Assembly: GCA_964503065.1 (NCBI GenBank)
Contig: CAZCYX010000002.1
Coordinates: 118 to 64,117, forward strand
Reading direction: 5' to 3'
DNA from: an uncultured Candidatus Bathyarchaeia archaeon
GTDB lineage: Archaea > Thermoproteota > Bathyarchaeia > Bathyarchaeales > Bathyarchaeaceae
DNA: 64,000 bases
Part shown: one piece after another, positions 1 through 9,795 of the stretch
Numbering within the stretch: the stretch's first letter is position 1
Layout of the letters: every line of letters starts with the position of its first letter
Translations under genes and position numbers: made by a program
Notes under the pieces: model-generated
What the model was told of the DNA's origin: nothing
What the model saw: only the letters and a program-made list of their open reading frames with translations
The model's database searches: none

Positions 1-183
1 GAACATAAGAAGAAAATAATCCAGATGATAAACAAAGATTAACCCTTCTATACCTAGCACTGCAGTGTTTAAGGTAAGAAAAAACCGTGCTTGTTCCCAA
101 AATATATCTGTGCAACGATCTAGCTCATCTTGAGCAATTTTAAGCTCCTCAATAATTTCATTAAAATCACTGGATGTGTTCAT
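1..183 (-). CDS. Partial membrane protein running off the left edge (MNTSSDFNEIIEELKIAQDELDRCTDIFWEQARFFLTLNTAVLGIEGLIF...), possibly RipA-like two-TM family
   Basis: Manually translated: ATG at 183, open to position 1; helical N-terminus followed by a hydrophobic segment. Not in the ORF track. Family call is weak. Confidence 0.55.
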   Translation of the reverse strand, partial: MNTSSDFNEIIEELKIAQDELDRCTDIFWEQARFFLTLNTAVLGIEGLIFVYHLDYFLLMF

Positions 184-488
184 ACATATGAATATGAATC
201 AGAGTATTTTTAACCTTAAGGGTTCAATAAACATATATCTAATATAATATGCGTGCGTGTGTAAATCGGAAGGTTTTTGGAGGTTGGAAGATGAATGATG
301 AAATTGACCTATATACCGTTAAAAAAAAGAAGCATCTCGATCACACCTATTAAAATAAGACTGCTTCATCACAGAGAACGTCTAAAAGACCTCTTAAGGA
401 AGCTTAAGGTAAATTCTTAGTTTGCTTGTGCTTTTTGTACCTTTTTTGGGGTTCATGAGTAGAATTAAAAAAAAGCGCTTCGTCAGTC

Positions 489-1646
489 TTAAATGAGATC
501 TGGGACAATCATCTTAAGAGTTTTGTTTTGGAAATCTGCGTGTCTTACAAACTCATCCTCTATTTTAGATAATATCTCAGAAGTAGCAAACTCTCTAAGC
601 AGTATAAGCTTCTTCACCTTAAAGAACGGAGATTTTGCGTACATGTCCACTATTGCTTCACCAATCAGCCGCCTTCCATGCAATATTGCGGCTCTCCATA
701 CTATTCCTTCACCAAATTGGGGGTATCTCCAATGATAACCAAAATAATCCTTCAGTCTTCTATAGTAGCCCAGTAGTAAAGCGTCATCATTGAATAAGAT
801 TCGAATAAAGGAATGTTCAGGAAGATCGTCCTTAAGCGAACTCAATAAGTCCAGGTCTTCTCCACGTACAAAATGAGTATCTTGATCGCCTTCAACGTTT
901 ACGCCTATGACTGACTTCTTTTCTAACAGAGTCTTTAGGGTTTCTTTGGTTTCAGTTAAGTTCCATCCCACCCAGTGGGCAATGTCTTTAATGGTGAAAG
1001 GGCCGTATATGCTGAGACATTTCAACAATAGCCATTCCTTCGCTTCTTTCTCGTTTATCTGTGACATGCCCAACTTGTAAGGCAGCTTTTCTGCCGTATG
1101 ATAAAGTGGTTTCTGGTTTTTTCTTCCCATTCGAGCAATCTTTCCATAATTGTACAACTCGTAAAGAAGTTTTCTTGCTATACCTTTAAGTTGCGGATAC
1201 TTTGAGCCAAACACTTTTCTAAACTCAGAAGGCGTAAATGGTCCATACTTGTTTATAAAGTTAAATGCAATTAGGTGATCGCTGCTCAGTGAAAAGGGGC
1301 ATTTTTGGTAGGAGATTCTTCTACGAGCCACACTCCTTGTTGCCTTAAAAAAACGAGGGTACTCATCAACATTTACGATTCTTAAAGCTCCTCGCAACAC
1401 GTGACCATCGATTAACGTGTAATTTTCATACCAGTAGTCGAACCATTCTGACTTAAAATTTTCAAAACGATTAAAGAGTTCAATTTTGTGCCCACCGTCT
1501 TGAAGCCCACCAATAGCACGGACAACTGAAGGAACATCTTCTTTGCTTTTCCCTCGAGTAGAAGGTGTTAATCGTAGTCTTTGAAGAGCAAACTCCTTGA
1601 TAACTTCTTTAGAATAAGTTTCAACCAAGCTGGTCACGCTAGGCAT
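489..1646 (-). CDS. Winged-helix (HTH_42) AlkZ/YcaQ-like DNA crosslink-repair glycosylase family protein
   Basis: 385 aa; VVRAIGGLQ..LFNRF N-terminus, YGPFTIKDIAHWVG and LFNDDALLLGY segments resemble AlkZ/YcaQ family motifs. Confidence 0.65.
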   Translation of the reverse strand: MPSVTSLVETYSKEVIKEFALQRLRLTPSTRGKSKEDVPSVVRAIGGLQDGGHKIELFNRFENFKSEWFDYWYENYTLIDGHVLRGALRIVNVDEYPRFFKATRSVARRRISYQKCPFSLSSDHLIAFNFINKYGPFTPSEFRKVFGSKYPQLKGIARKLLYELYNYGKIARMGRKNQKPLYHTAEKLPYKLGMSQINEKEAKEWLLLKCLSIYGPFTIKDIAHWVGWNLTETKETLKTLLEKKSVIGVNVEGDQDTHFVRGEDLDLLSSLKDDLPEHSFIRILFNDDALLLGYYRRLKDYFGYHWRYPQFGEGIVWRAAILHGRRLIGEAIVDMYAKSPFFKVKKLILLREFATSEILSKIEDEFVRHADFQNKTLKMIVPDLI

Positions 1647-1651
1647 GACCT

Positions 1652-2011
1652 TTATCTGGGAACCCGAAAGTGAGATTCCTTTCCTGCACTGATATATTCT
1701 CCGCCAGCATCCCGAATGATCGATGCAATTTTCGCAAAGTTTTCAGACCCCAAGAATTGACGTGGCTTTACTATTATGTCCTCTTCCATCTCTTCAAACA
1801 CCAGCATCTCTTCTAGATCTTTTGGAAACAAAGTTTTGATGTCATCGATTGTTCTTATTTCTTCTTCCTTGGGTGCGACCGCTGGGGCTCTAACCATCGT
1901 CTTTAATGCCTTTGAGGTTTCTGTAAGGTCTCTAGAAATCATGTTCAAGACTGTAAGAAGTTCATCAATCCGCTGTAACAATTGTTCTGTTTTTAACTTC
2001 TCTTTACTCAT
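1652..2011 (-). CDS. Conserved hypothetical protein (N-terminal coiled coil, C-terminal KPRQFLG...GGEYISAGKESHF domain)
   Basis: 119 aa ORF ending 5 bp before the next gene's start; protein-like composition. Confidence 0.75.
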   Translation of the reverse strand: MSKEKLKTEQLLQRIDELLTVLNMISRDLTETSKALKTMVRAPAVAPKEEEIRTIDDIKTLFPKDLEEMLVFEEMEEDIIVKPRQFLGSENFAKIASIIRDAGGEYISAGKESHFRVPR

Positions 2012-2085
2012 AAGGCTCGTGTCTCCGTGCAGTATATTTAATATTGTTCCTCATTTGTTTTACCCTTAGAGTTGAGGATTCCAAC

Positions 2086-3126
2086 GTGCTCAAAATTGAC
2101 GGTAGCCAAAAAAGTGGAAGTGGAACCATTTTACGTTTATCAGTTGCTTTAGCTGGAATTCTTCAAGAACCTTTACATATCTACAACATTCGAAAGAAAC
2201 GAACCCAACCTGGCTTACGTCCTCAACACCTAGAAGCAGTGCTCACTGCCGCAAAACTTTGTAACGCCGAAACTAAAGGTGTAAAATTGAACTCCCAAGA
2301 ACTCTGGTTCCATCCTCAAGAGATCAAAGGTGGTGAAATACACGCTGAAATAGGCACTGCAGGAAGCATCCCCATGCTGCTGCTTACTGTTTTGCCTATC
2401 TGCACCTATGCCAGAAACACTGTACGCATCCACATAGTTAAGGGAGGAACGGATGTCCGTCACTCACCCACCATCAACTATCTAAAACATGTGCTCCTCG
2501 AAGTGTTAGATCAAATGGGCTTGAAAACTTCCTTAAATATCCACAAGTATGGTTATTACCCGAAAGGTATGGGTGAAGTCTCTCTTGAAGTTAAGCCGTG
2601 TCAAAAACTCAAACCGTTAGTTTATGAAACGTTTGGAGAAATAGAAAACCTTGAAGGAGTCTCAGTTTGCACTTTCTTGGAAGAACGCAAAGTTGCTGAA
2701 CGCCAAGCTAATGCAGCGAATAAATATCTTGCAGATTATGGTTTAGAAGCTAGAATCGAAGTAATCAACGATAAATCTAACCCTCTCCAGAAGGGTAGTT
2801 CCCTCGTGTTGTGGGCAGAAACCGACAGTGGTGCACTCGTTGGGGGAGATGCAATTGGTGAACTTCGCAAGCTCAGTGAGGTTGTAGGACGAGAAGCCGC
2901 TGAAAACCTTTTCAAGGAAATTGAGGCTAGAGCCACTGTGGATTTGCATCTTGCTGACATGTTGGTGCCTTACATTGGGTTAGCTGACGGTCACTCAATC
3001 TACATCACTCGCAACATGACAGAACATCTAGAAACCAACCTATGGCTGACTGAGAAAATTTTAGGTGTAAAGTTTCAAGTCAGAAAGATGAAAGAACTCT
3101 ACCAAATCGAGAAAAGAGGCTTCTAA
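2086..3126 (+). CDS. rtcA: RNA 3'-terminal phosphate cyclase
   Basis: IDGSQKSGSGTILR, RPQHL, GGTDV, GYYPKGMG, VDxHLAD and catalytic-His TEHLETN motifs; likely GTG start at 2086. Confidence 0.93.
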   Translation: MLKIDGSQKSGSGTILRLSVALAGILQEPLHIYNIRKKRTQPGLRPQHLEAVLTAAKLCNAETKGVKLNSQELWFHPQEIKGGEIHAEIGTAGSIPMLLLTVLPICTYARNTVRIHIVKGGTDVRHSPTINYLKHVLLEVLDQMGLKTSLNIHKYGYYPKGMGEVSLEVKPCQKLKPLVYETFGEIENLEGVSVCTFLEERKVAERQANAANKYLADYGLEARIEVINDKSNPLQKGSSLVLWAETDSGALVGGDAIGELRKLSEVVGREAAENLFKEIEARATVDLHLADMLVPYIGLADGHSIYITRNMTEHLETNLWLTEKILGVKFQVRKMKELYQIEKRGF

Positions 3127-4536
3127 GTGACTACGGCCAGAGTTCGAGGCATCTATTCCACAGCCTTAACCAAACTTTTGCTAGACAACAATCTCGACAT
3201 AGTGCAACCATCAACCACAGTAAAAGAAAGATTCAAATTAAAAGAAAACAATGAAACGCCCGACCTTGACATTTACGATCGATACGACCACCAAGGAGTT
3301 CGAGCCTTAGGACAAGCGGAAGCTGTTGATACCTTCAAGGAGATCTTGCAGTCTCAACTTGAGGACACTGTCATCAGAAAATGGAAGGTCACCACGAATG
3401 GAATCTATAAAGGACTAGTAAAGGGTTCAGACTCTGCTACTTATTCAGTATTAGTCGACATTGGGTTGGCAACTGGCAGAATACATGAGGAAGAAGTCTC
3501 AGATCCTAACGCACAGCAGATAGTCGCTCAGGTTAAGAGAAGAAGAATGGGAGCCAAAGAACCCATCTTAACAACTGCGATTAAGATTCCAGGTAAATAT
3601 GCAATTCTCATTCCGGGGCATCAGGTAAAAGTTAGTAAAAAGATTCTTGACTGGCAAAAGCGTTCTCATCTCTCTCAACTCGGAAAGCAGCTGGCTCCTC
3701 CCAACTGGGGAATTATATGGCGAACAGCAGCCGCAAACCAACCAGATGATGTCTTAAAAAATGAAATCACCAGCCTTTTGAAAGAGGGAGAACTCATAAT
3801 GAAGAAAGCAGAGAAGGTGGAAGCTCCTGCGACATTATGGGAAGGCAGACACTTCATGGACGTAGAATTCCCAGCTCTATCAAAAGGAAAGCTAGATGAA
3901 ATCCGAAGATCTGTTGCGCCAACAATTAATGGACACCATTATTACAAAACTTGTGGAAGAAGAACTTCATCAGCCTTGGACATGGCTGAAAGACTCCTTG
4001 AACAAGGAGTTCCTGTGGAGGAAGTTGAAAATCTTTTTAAGCAGACAATTGAACCAGAACTTCCCCATGTAGGTTCCATAATAGGAATAGAGCACGTAAA
4101 ACTGGATGGAAAAGTTTTCCACCTCGGCAAAGCTTCGGTTGAAGACTTTAATCACGATAACTATACACTCTGTTTGAGCCGAGTTTTTGAAAAGGAAGGA
4201 GTTTACGATGGTCTCAAAACACGTAAAGAACCAGGCGACACTGCCATAACAGAAGCGAAAGTAGGCGAATGGTATTTTAAAACTAAATATTTTTCTAAAC
4301 ATGGAAAACTGAAAGGCACGTATATCAATTTGAACACGCCGATAGAGTTGTATCCTTATGCCATTCGTTATGTTGATTTGGAAGTGGATGTTTGTGTCTG
4401 GCCGAGTGGCAAAGTTGAGAAGTTAGACGAGGAAAAACTTGACGAAGCATTGAAGGAAGGGCTGGTTACAGAGAGATTAGTGAGAATTATAAAAGAGAAA
4501 GCACAGCAGATCATGAAAAGTTTGGTATCAAAATAA
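3127..4536 (+). CDS. FAU-1-like RNA-binding protein/ribonuclease (RNase E/G-like plus DUF402)
   Basis: N-terminal RVRGIYSTALTKLL and C-terminal YININTP..IRYVDLEVDV (DUF402) signatures; starts directly after the rtcA stop. Confidence 0.85.
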   Translation: MTTARVRGIYSTALTKLLLDNNLDIVQPSTTVKERFKLKENNETPDLDIYDRYDHQGVRALGQAEAVDTFKEILQSQLEDTVIRKWKVTTNGIYKGLVKGSDSATYSVLVDIGLATGRIHEEEVSDPNAQQIVAQVKRRRMGAKEPILTTAIKIPGKYAILIPGHQVKVSKKILDWQKRSHLSQLGKQLAPPNWGIIWRTAAANQPDDVLKNEITSLLKEGELIMKKAEKVEAPATLWEGRHFMDVEFPALSKGKLDEIRRSVAPTINGHHYYKTCGRRTSSALDMAERLLEQGVPVEEVENLFKQTIEPELPHVGSIIGIEHVKLDGKVFHLGKASVEDFNHDNYTLCLSRVFEKEGVYDGLKTRKEPGDTAITEAKVGEWYFKTKYFSKHGKLKGTYINLNTPIELYPYAIRYVDLEVDVCVWPSGKVEKLDEEKLDEALKEGLVTERLVRIIKEKAQQIMKSLVSK

Positions 4537-4599
4537 ACTGGTTAGCGTGTATAGAGAGGGAAAAAGAGGATTTAGTGGTTGTGTTGCTGAAGAAAGATG

Positions 4600-5226
4600 C
4601 TATTTCTTGACAATAACTGATTTGTCCTTCTTGATTATGACCGATTTTCTATTGTTGGAGCAAACCACTTCAGTTGGACTTTTTAGAACTACTTTGTTTT
4701 CATTTGACACAAAGATTATGTCCATCGCCTTGTAAACCAGCTTGGAGTCCCTAGTGACAAGTATGTCTAATCTGCTAGCTTCATTTTGGAAGGCAAAGAT
4801 TAAGCCATGGTCTTCGTCGAGACCTTGACGACTATGCACTCTTCCTCTGAAAAACTGATCACACAAATCTTCTGCTTTGGCTACAAATTCTTGTGGGTTT
4901 TCATAGCCTATTTTTGTGAAGTCTTCTTTACTTGTTGTACTGAAGTGTTGCTGTATTTGTTCTGTGCCTCCCAGCATTAGAAAAGGCTCGTCTAATTCTT
5001 TTTCAACAGGTTTACCGATGGCACCTTCTTCAGTTTCAACTATGGTGTCGATAAGTAGTTTGCCGTCTCCATGGAATATATAGCCTTTTTGTTGGTCGCC
5101 GAGTTTTATTGGAATAGCCAATGTATTTTTGCTGATTTCTATGATGCCTTTTTCTGTTTGCCACAACTTTATAGCTTCAGTTATTTTTGAAATAGTCTTG
5201 TCTAGTTGATAGTTTTGCCACATCAT
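4600..5226 (-). CDS. Hypothetical protein, translationally coupled to the upstream ArsR-type regulator
   Basis: 208 aa ORF; ATGA overlap with 5223..5798. Confidence 0.7.
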   Translation of the reverse strand: MMWQNYQLDKTISKITEAIKLWQTEKGIIEISKNTLAIPIKLGDQQKGYIFHGDGKLLIDTIVETEEGAIGKPVEKELDEPFLMLGGTEQIQQHFSTTSKEDFTKIGYENPQEFVAKAEDLCDQFFRGRVHSRQGLDEDHGLIFAFQNEASRLDILVTRDSKLVYKAMDIIFVSNENKVVLKSPTEVVCSNNRKSVIIKKDKSVIVKK

Positions 5227-5798
5227 TCTTGGTTCCTTCTTTCAAGGAATCTGGTGACTCGCCTTGCCATTTTGTAGGCAGTTCTGCCAGGCATGGTGAT
5301 GAGGTAGCGTCCTCTCACTTTTTCTTGAACTACCAGTCCTGCTTCCTCAAGCACTTTGAGGTGGCTTGAAAGTGTGCTTGTAGTGATCTCTGAAAGTTTC
5401 TCTTGCAACTCGTTGATGTATTTTCCGCCGCTCATAAGTTCGTTTAATATTCTCAGCCTGTGTTCTTGACCGAGGGCGCTCATGACTTCAGCTACTTTGG
5501 GAAAACTAACTCCCACTTCATCCTCCTCTTCATGTGGCTTTTCTTTTCTGAAGATTCTCACACCTCTCGGGCCGATGAATATAGATTTCTCAAGTTCACC
5601 GTGTATGCCTTCGGCGACGCCTTCCATGACATCTTCGACGTAGTCGTGTACGCGGTTACCAACGTCTATGTATATGCCGCGGCTTCTTTTTCGGGTTCTT
5701 TCCGTCACATCTTTGAGTTGTTCTTTTAGGTTTGTTATTTCTTCCTTGAGTTTTTTCATTTCTTCTTTTAGTTCTTCTGACAATTTGATTCTCACCAT
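5223..5798 (-). CDS. ArsR/SmtB-family winged-helix regulator with N-terminal coiled coil
   Basis: ALGQEHRLRILNEL...STLSSHLKVLEEAGLV...GRYLIT HTH signature. Confidence 0.85.
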   Translation of the reverse strand: MVRIKLSEELKEEMKKLKEEITNLKEQLKDVTERTRKRSRGIYIDVGNRVHDYVEDVMEGVAEGIHGELEKSIFIGPRGVRIFRKEKPHEEEDEVGVSFPKVAEVMSALGQEHRLRILNELMSGGKYINELQEKLSEITTSTLSSHLKVLEEAGLVVQEKVRGRYLITMPGRTAYKMARRVTRFLERRNQE

Positions 5799-5812
5799 AT
5801 TAAATTTTATAT

Positions 5813-5860
5813 TTATCTATTTTTGTTTGATAATTATCTAATAGAAAACGATAGATATAA
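5813..5860. promoter_or_regulatory. Imperfect inverted repeat overlapping the TATA box of the ArsR operon (candidate autoregulatory operator)
   Basis: TATCTAT (5814-5820) / ATAGATA (5851-5857) arms around a perfect GATAATTATC palindrome (5829-5838); minus-strand TTATATCT at 5853-5860. Confidence 0.45.
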
Positions 5861-5893
5861 GGGTTACTCTTCCTATGTATGTCTTCTTCGCCT

Positions 5894-6184
5894 TCAGGTG
5901 ATGAACAACAGGAACACTGATAGAATTGAACAAAATAGTCCCAGCAGAAAGGTTATAGCGGTGCCTGTCCAGAGTTTTTTCCGTGTTGGGTAGATAGTGT
6001 AAAAGAATATGAAGAATGCTGAGAAAAGGAACATCATGGCACCCAGCAAGAGGACGATTTTCAAGGCTATGAAGACACGTGTTCCACTAACCTGCAGCAC
6101 TGCCAAGCTGAGGGCGGCTAATGTTCCCGGATAAGAAGCATTTACAATGGGTTTGATGAATTTTTTCTCAAACTCCTCAGTCAT
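5894..6184 (-). CDS. Small three-TM membrane protein
   Basis: 96 aa, three hydrophobic stretches. Confidence 0.7.
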   Translation of the reverse strand: MTEEFEKKFIKPIVNASYPGTLAALSLAVLQVSGTRVFIALKIVLLLGAMMFLFSAFFIFFYTIYPTRKKLWTGTAITFLLGLFCSILSVFLLFIT

Positions 6185-6386
6185 CTCATTATCCCTTTCC
6201 TAAAAATTGTATATTAAGAAAGGTTCAATTTTAACCTTTTATTTTCTTCCGTCATCTACTAGATAAGTCTGTTTAAGGCTGTTTTTGCTGGTTTTACTGA
6301 TGAAATACTTGTTTTGGCGAGGGATGAAATCTTGTTTACACAAGATTTTTTTGGGTGCCACGTGTAAGGCTTATTGGTTCATTGAT

Positions 6387-9300
6387 ATGTCTTCGAGAGA
6401 AAATGTGGAAGAGTTTCTTGGCAAAGCTGGAGTGTTGGAGAAGAAATATAATTGGATAAAGGCTGCAGAACTTTATGAGCAGGTTTTAGACGCGATTGGA
6501 AAGAAAGAATTTTTGAAGAAGGGACAGATTCAGGAGAAAATTGGTTTCTGCTTTCATAGGGCTGCGTTTCAAGTGAAAAGCGAAAAAGAGTTTAAAGAGA
6601 GATTAGAGCTAGCAGTTGAAGCCTATGAGAAGACTCATGGATTTTACGAAAAGCTGACGGATGAGCAGAAAGATGCAAGGATGTTTCGCTGTGACGCTTC
6701 TGTTAAATATCTTAGTTACTTGCTTACGTCTGACCCATCTGAAAAGCGGAAACATCTTGATGAATGCTTGGAGTTGGAGAAGAATACATTAACCAGTTTT
6801 TGGGATTCGGGAAACATGCTAGAATACGGTAGGACATACAACGAGCTTCCGTTGGTCTTTTGGCACAGAGCTCTTCTCGAATGGGATAGACAGGTCATTA
6901 AGAGAATTATTGAAGAAGGAAAACAATGGGGCGAAAAAGCAATTACTGCTCTCTCTGAACAAGGTGACTCATACGAAATTGCCAGAGCCTACTTAACCTT
7001 AGCTACATGCTTAGACCTTTTTGGAGTTCTTTTCGTTGCAGACCCAGAAAAGCAAGAGCAGCACCGCTTAAGAGTTGTCGAATACTTGCGCAAAGCAGTT
7101 GAGTTTTCTGAAAGAGTTGGAGACGCTTACCTAGTCGGACTATCACATCTTTGGTTCTGGAACAACACAGGTGGAGAGGAAGGTATGAGACATCTTAAGA
7201 AGACGCTGGAATGTGGCGAGGAGACACGAGACAACTACATGAAGGCCGCGGGACTGCATATTCTGGCATACATGACTTATTGGAAAGCTGCTGCAACTGA
7301 GGATCCTGACCAAAGAATGAAACTAGCTGAAGAGGCCATGAAGTTCTATGATAAAGGGGAGGGTCATAACTCTATAATATCTTTACAGAATGCTTGGATG
7401 CCTGCTAGGGGAGGCTTAATATCACCACCTGGGGGGTACGCAGAACATTATCTTAACGTAGCTATGGAGCAGACAGACCTAGAGAAAAAACTAGAGTTTC
7501 TAGAGAAATCAGAGAAAGCTGGGATGAAAGCCTTGAAAGTATCTGAGGATTCGGATATTCCGGTAATCATCGGTACCATGCGTCATATATTAAGCAAAAC
7601 ACTTGAAGCTCGAGCAAATCTGGAACCAGACCTTGATAAGAAAAGAAATCTGTTGGAAAAAGCTCTGAAATACAGAGAAAGAAACATCGAAATCATGGAG
7701 CAGTTGACACCCTTCGACTATTGGAATCTGGGGGTAATGCATAATTATCTCGCAGGAATAAAAGCTGAATTAGGCTATTTGGAGCCAGACCTCAACAGCA
7801 AGAGGAGGCTACTTGAAGAAGCGATAACAGACAAAGAAAAATGCCTCAAGCTAATCGCGAAAACGATGACATACTATGAGAAAATGGGCCAAATAGAACT
7901 TTTTGCTGCCTTGTATGGGTATCAAGATACTTATGGGACACTGCTGAACGGTTTATACGAGTTGACAAACAATCCGGAACATCTAAGAAAGGCAATAGAG
8001 ATCTCGCAGAAAGCGATCGAATCAGCCAGCAAGCTAGACCTGATCAGTCGCATGGCGGAATCATATTGGAAAATCGCCAAGACACAAAATATTTTAGGAG
8101 AATATTTGGAAGCTGCCGAAAATTTCCAACATGCTTCAGAAATCTACATGAAAGCAGCTGAAAAAACCCCCCAACTAAAAGACTTCTATCAAGATTACGC
8201 ATCCTACATGGAAGCATGGAACGAAATCGAGAAAGCAAAATACCATCACGCAGAAAACCATTATGGACAGGCTAAAGAGCATTACGAGAAGACCGCAGAC
8301 TTCCATAAATCAACAGAACGATGGAACTATCTCAGCCCAAACTATTTGGCATGGGCTCGACTAGAGGAAGCAGAAGACCTAAGCCGAAGAGAACAACCCG
8401 AAGAAGCCAAAGACCTCTTCCAACAAGCAGCCAACCTGTTTATCGAAGCAGAGAAATCTATCCAACCTAAATTAGAGAAGATCGAAAGCAAGGACGAGAA
8501 AGAATTGTTGGTCAACCTGGCCAAATCTGTGCGTGCGCGAGCGCGGATAAAGCGTGAATACTGTCTTGGAAGGATCGCTCTTGAAGAAGCAAAAATCCTT
8601 GACAGACAAAGCCGCTACATGGCGAGCTCTAGAAAATATGGCTCTGCAGCTGAAAAATTCCAAAAAGCATTTGATGCGACGGAAGATGAGTCGGATCGCC
8701 AAGAGCTGAAACCTATAGTTTGTCTCTCTCGGGCTTGGCAGATGATGACACGAGCAGAAGCGGAAGCCTCACCTGACTTGTATGAGGAGGCATCCAAATT
8801 ATTCGAGGAAGCCAAGAACCACATCCTTGATGAAAAAGCCAAACTATTAGCTTTGGGTCACAGTCGCTTCTGCAAGGCATTAGAAGCAGGAACCAGATTT
8901 GAAGATGTCCGAGATACGTCCCTTCACATCTTAGCAACACAACATCTAGAAAGCGCAGCAAGCTACTACCTGAGAGCTGGGTTCAAAAGCGCTTCCGAAT
9001 ACGCTGAGGCTACTCAAAAACTTCTGGACGCATACGTGTACATGCACAATGCTAAAACTGAGACTAATCCAGATAAGAAAGCTCGGTTTTACATGATGGC
9101 TGAAAAGGTACTTCAAGCCTCGGCAGGATCATACCTCAAATCAAAACACCCTGCAAAACAAGAACAAGTTTCAAAACTTCTAGAAAAAGTCAGGAAAGAA
9201 AGAGAACTAGCCATATCCCTAACCGAAGTCCTACATGCACCTCTAGCAACATCAACTACTGCGACATTCACAACCCCTACTCCTGGAGAAGAAACGCCTG

Positions 9301-9716
9301 TAGGACTAGAGCAATTTGAACACGCAGACATACAAGCAACCTTGATTCTGAGAGTAAAAGAGGTAAGGATTGGCGAGGACATAGACTTAGAAATAGAATT
9401 GATCAACGCAGGAAAAGCACCAGCCCTTTTAATCAAAGTTGAAGAACTCGTTCCACAAGACTTCGAAGTGAAAGAGGTCCCTGAGATTTACAGGGTTGAA
9501 GACCGTTTCCTCAACATGAAGGGAAGAAGACTTGCACCGCTCAAGACAGAAGAGATCAGGCTTGTCCTTAGACCCGCAACCAAAGGAAACTTCACCTTGA
9601 AACCAAGGATAATGTATCTCGACGAAACAGGCAAATACAAGGCACACGAACCGGAACCAGCAACAATCACAGTAAAAGAACTCGGAATCAAAGGATGGAT
9701 TAAAGGAGAGAGATAA
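6387..9716 (+). CDS. Large TPR/alpha-solenoid protein with C-terminal Ig-like (CARDB/BatD-like) domain
   Basis: Repeated helical TPR-like units (AAELYEQ, AMKFYDK, AAENFQHASEIY); beta-rich C-terminus (LEIELINAGKAPA...FTLKPRIMY); likely ATG at 6387. Confidence 0.8.
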   Translation: MSSRENVEEFLGKAGVLEKKYNWIKAAELYEQVLDAIGKKEFLKKGQIQEKIGFCFHRAAFQVKSEKEFKERLELAVEAYEKTHGFYEKLTDEQKDARMFRCDASVKYLSYLLTSDPSEKRKHLDECLELEKNTLTSFWDSGNMLEYGRTYNELPLVFWHRALLEWDRQVIKRIIEEGKQWGEKAITALSEQGDSYEIARAYLTLATCLDLFGVLFVADPEKQEQHRLRVVEYLRKAVEFSERVGDAYLVGLSHLWFWNNTGGEEGMRHLKKTLECGEETRDNYMKAAGLHILAYMTYWKAAATEDPDQRMKLAEEAMKFYDKGEGHNSIISLQNAWMPARGGLISPPGGYAEHYLNVAMEQTDLEKKLEFLEKSEKAGMKALKVSEDSDIPVIIGTMRHILSKTLEARANLEPDLDKKRNLLEKALKYRERNIEIMEQLTPFDYWNLGVMHNYLAGIKAELGYLEPDLNSKRRLLEEAITDKEKCLKLIAKTMTYYEKMGQIELFAALYGYQDTYGTLLNGLYELTNNPEHLRKAIEISQKAIESASKLDLISRMAESYWKIAKTQNILGEYLEAAENFQHASEIYMKAAEKTPQLKDFYQDYASYMEAWNEIEKAKYHHAENHYGQAKEHYEKTADFHKSTERWNYLSPNYLAWARLEEAEDLSRREQPEEAKDLFQQAANLFIEAEKSIQPKLEKIESKDEKELLVNLAKSVRARARIKREYCLGRIALEEAKILDRQSRYMASSRKYGSAAEKFQKAFDATEDESDRQELKPIVCLSRAWQMMTRAEAEASPDLYEEASKLFEEAKNHILDEKAKLLALGHSRFCKALEAGTRFEDVRDTSLHILATQHLESAASYYLRAGFKSASEYAEATQKLLDAYVYMHNAKTETNPDKKARFYMMAEKVLQASAGSYLKSKHPAKQEQVSKLLEKVRKERELAISLTEVLHAPLATSTTATFTTPTPGEETPVGLEQFEHADIQATLILRVKEVRIGEDIDLEIELINAGKAPALLIKVEELVPQDFEVKEVPEIYRVEDRFLNMKGRRLAPLKTEEIRLVLRPATKGNFTLKPRIMYLDETGKYKAHEPEPATITVKELGIKGWIKGER

Positions 9717-9795
9717 TCAACTTCTCCGAATAGCGTGTGTTTAATATAGAAAGAAATTTTAGTTTGCCTCAGTTATAGCTAGCTGGGTCTACTGC

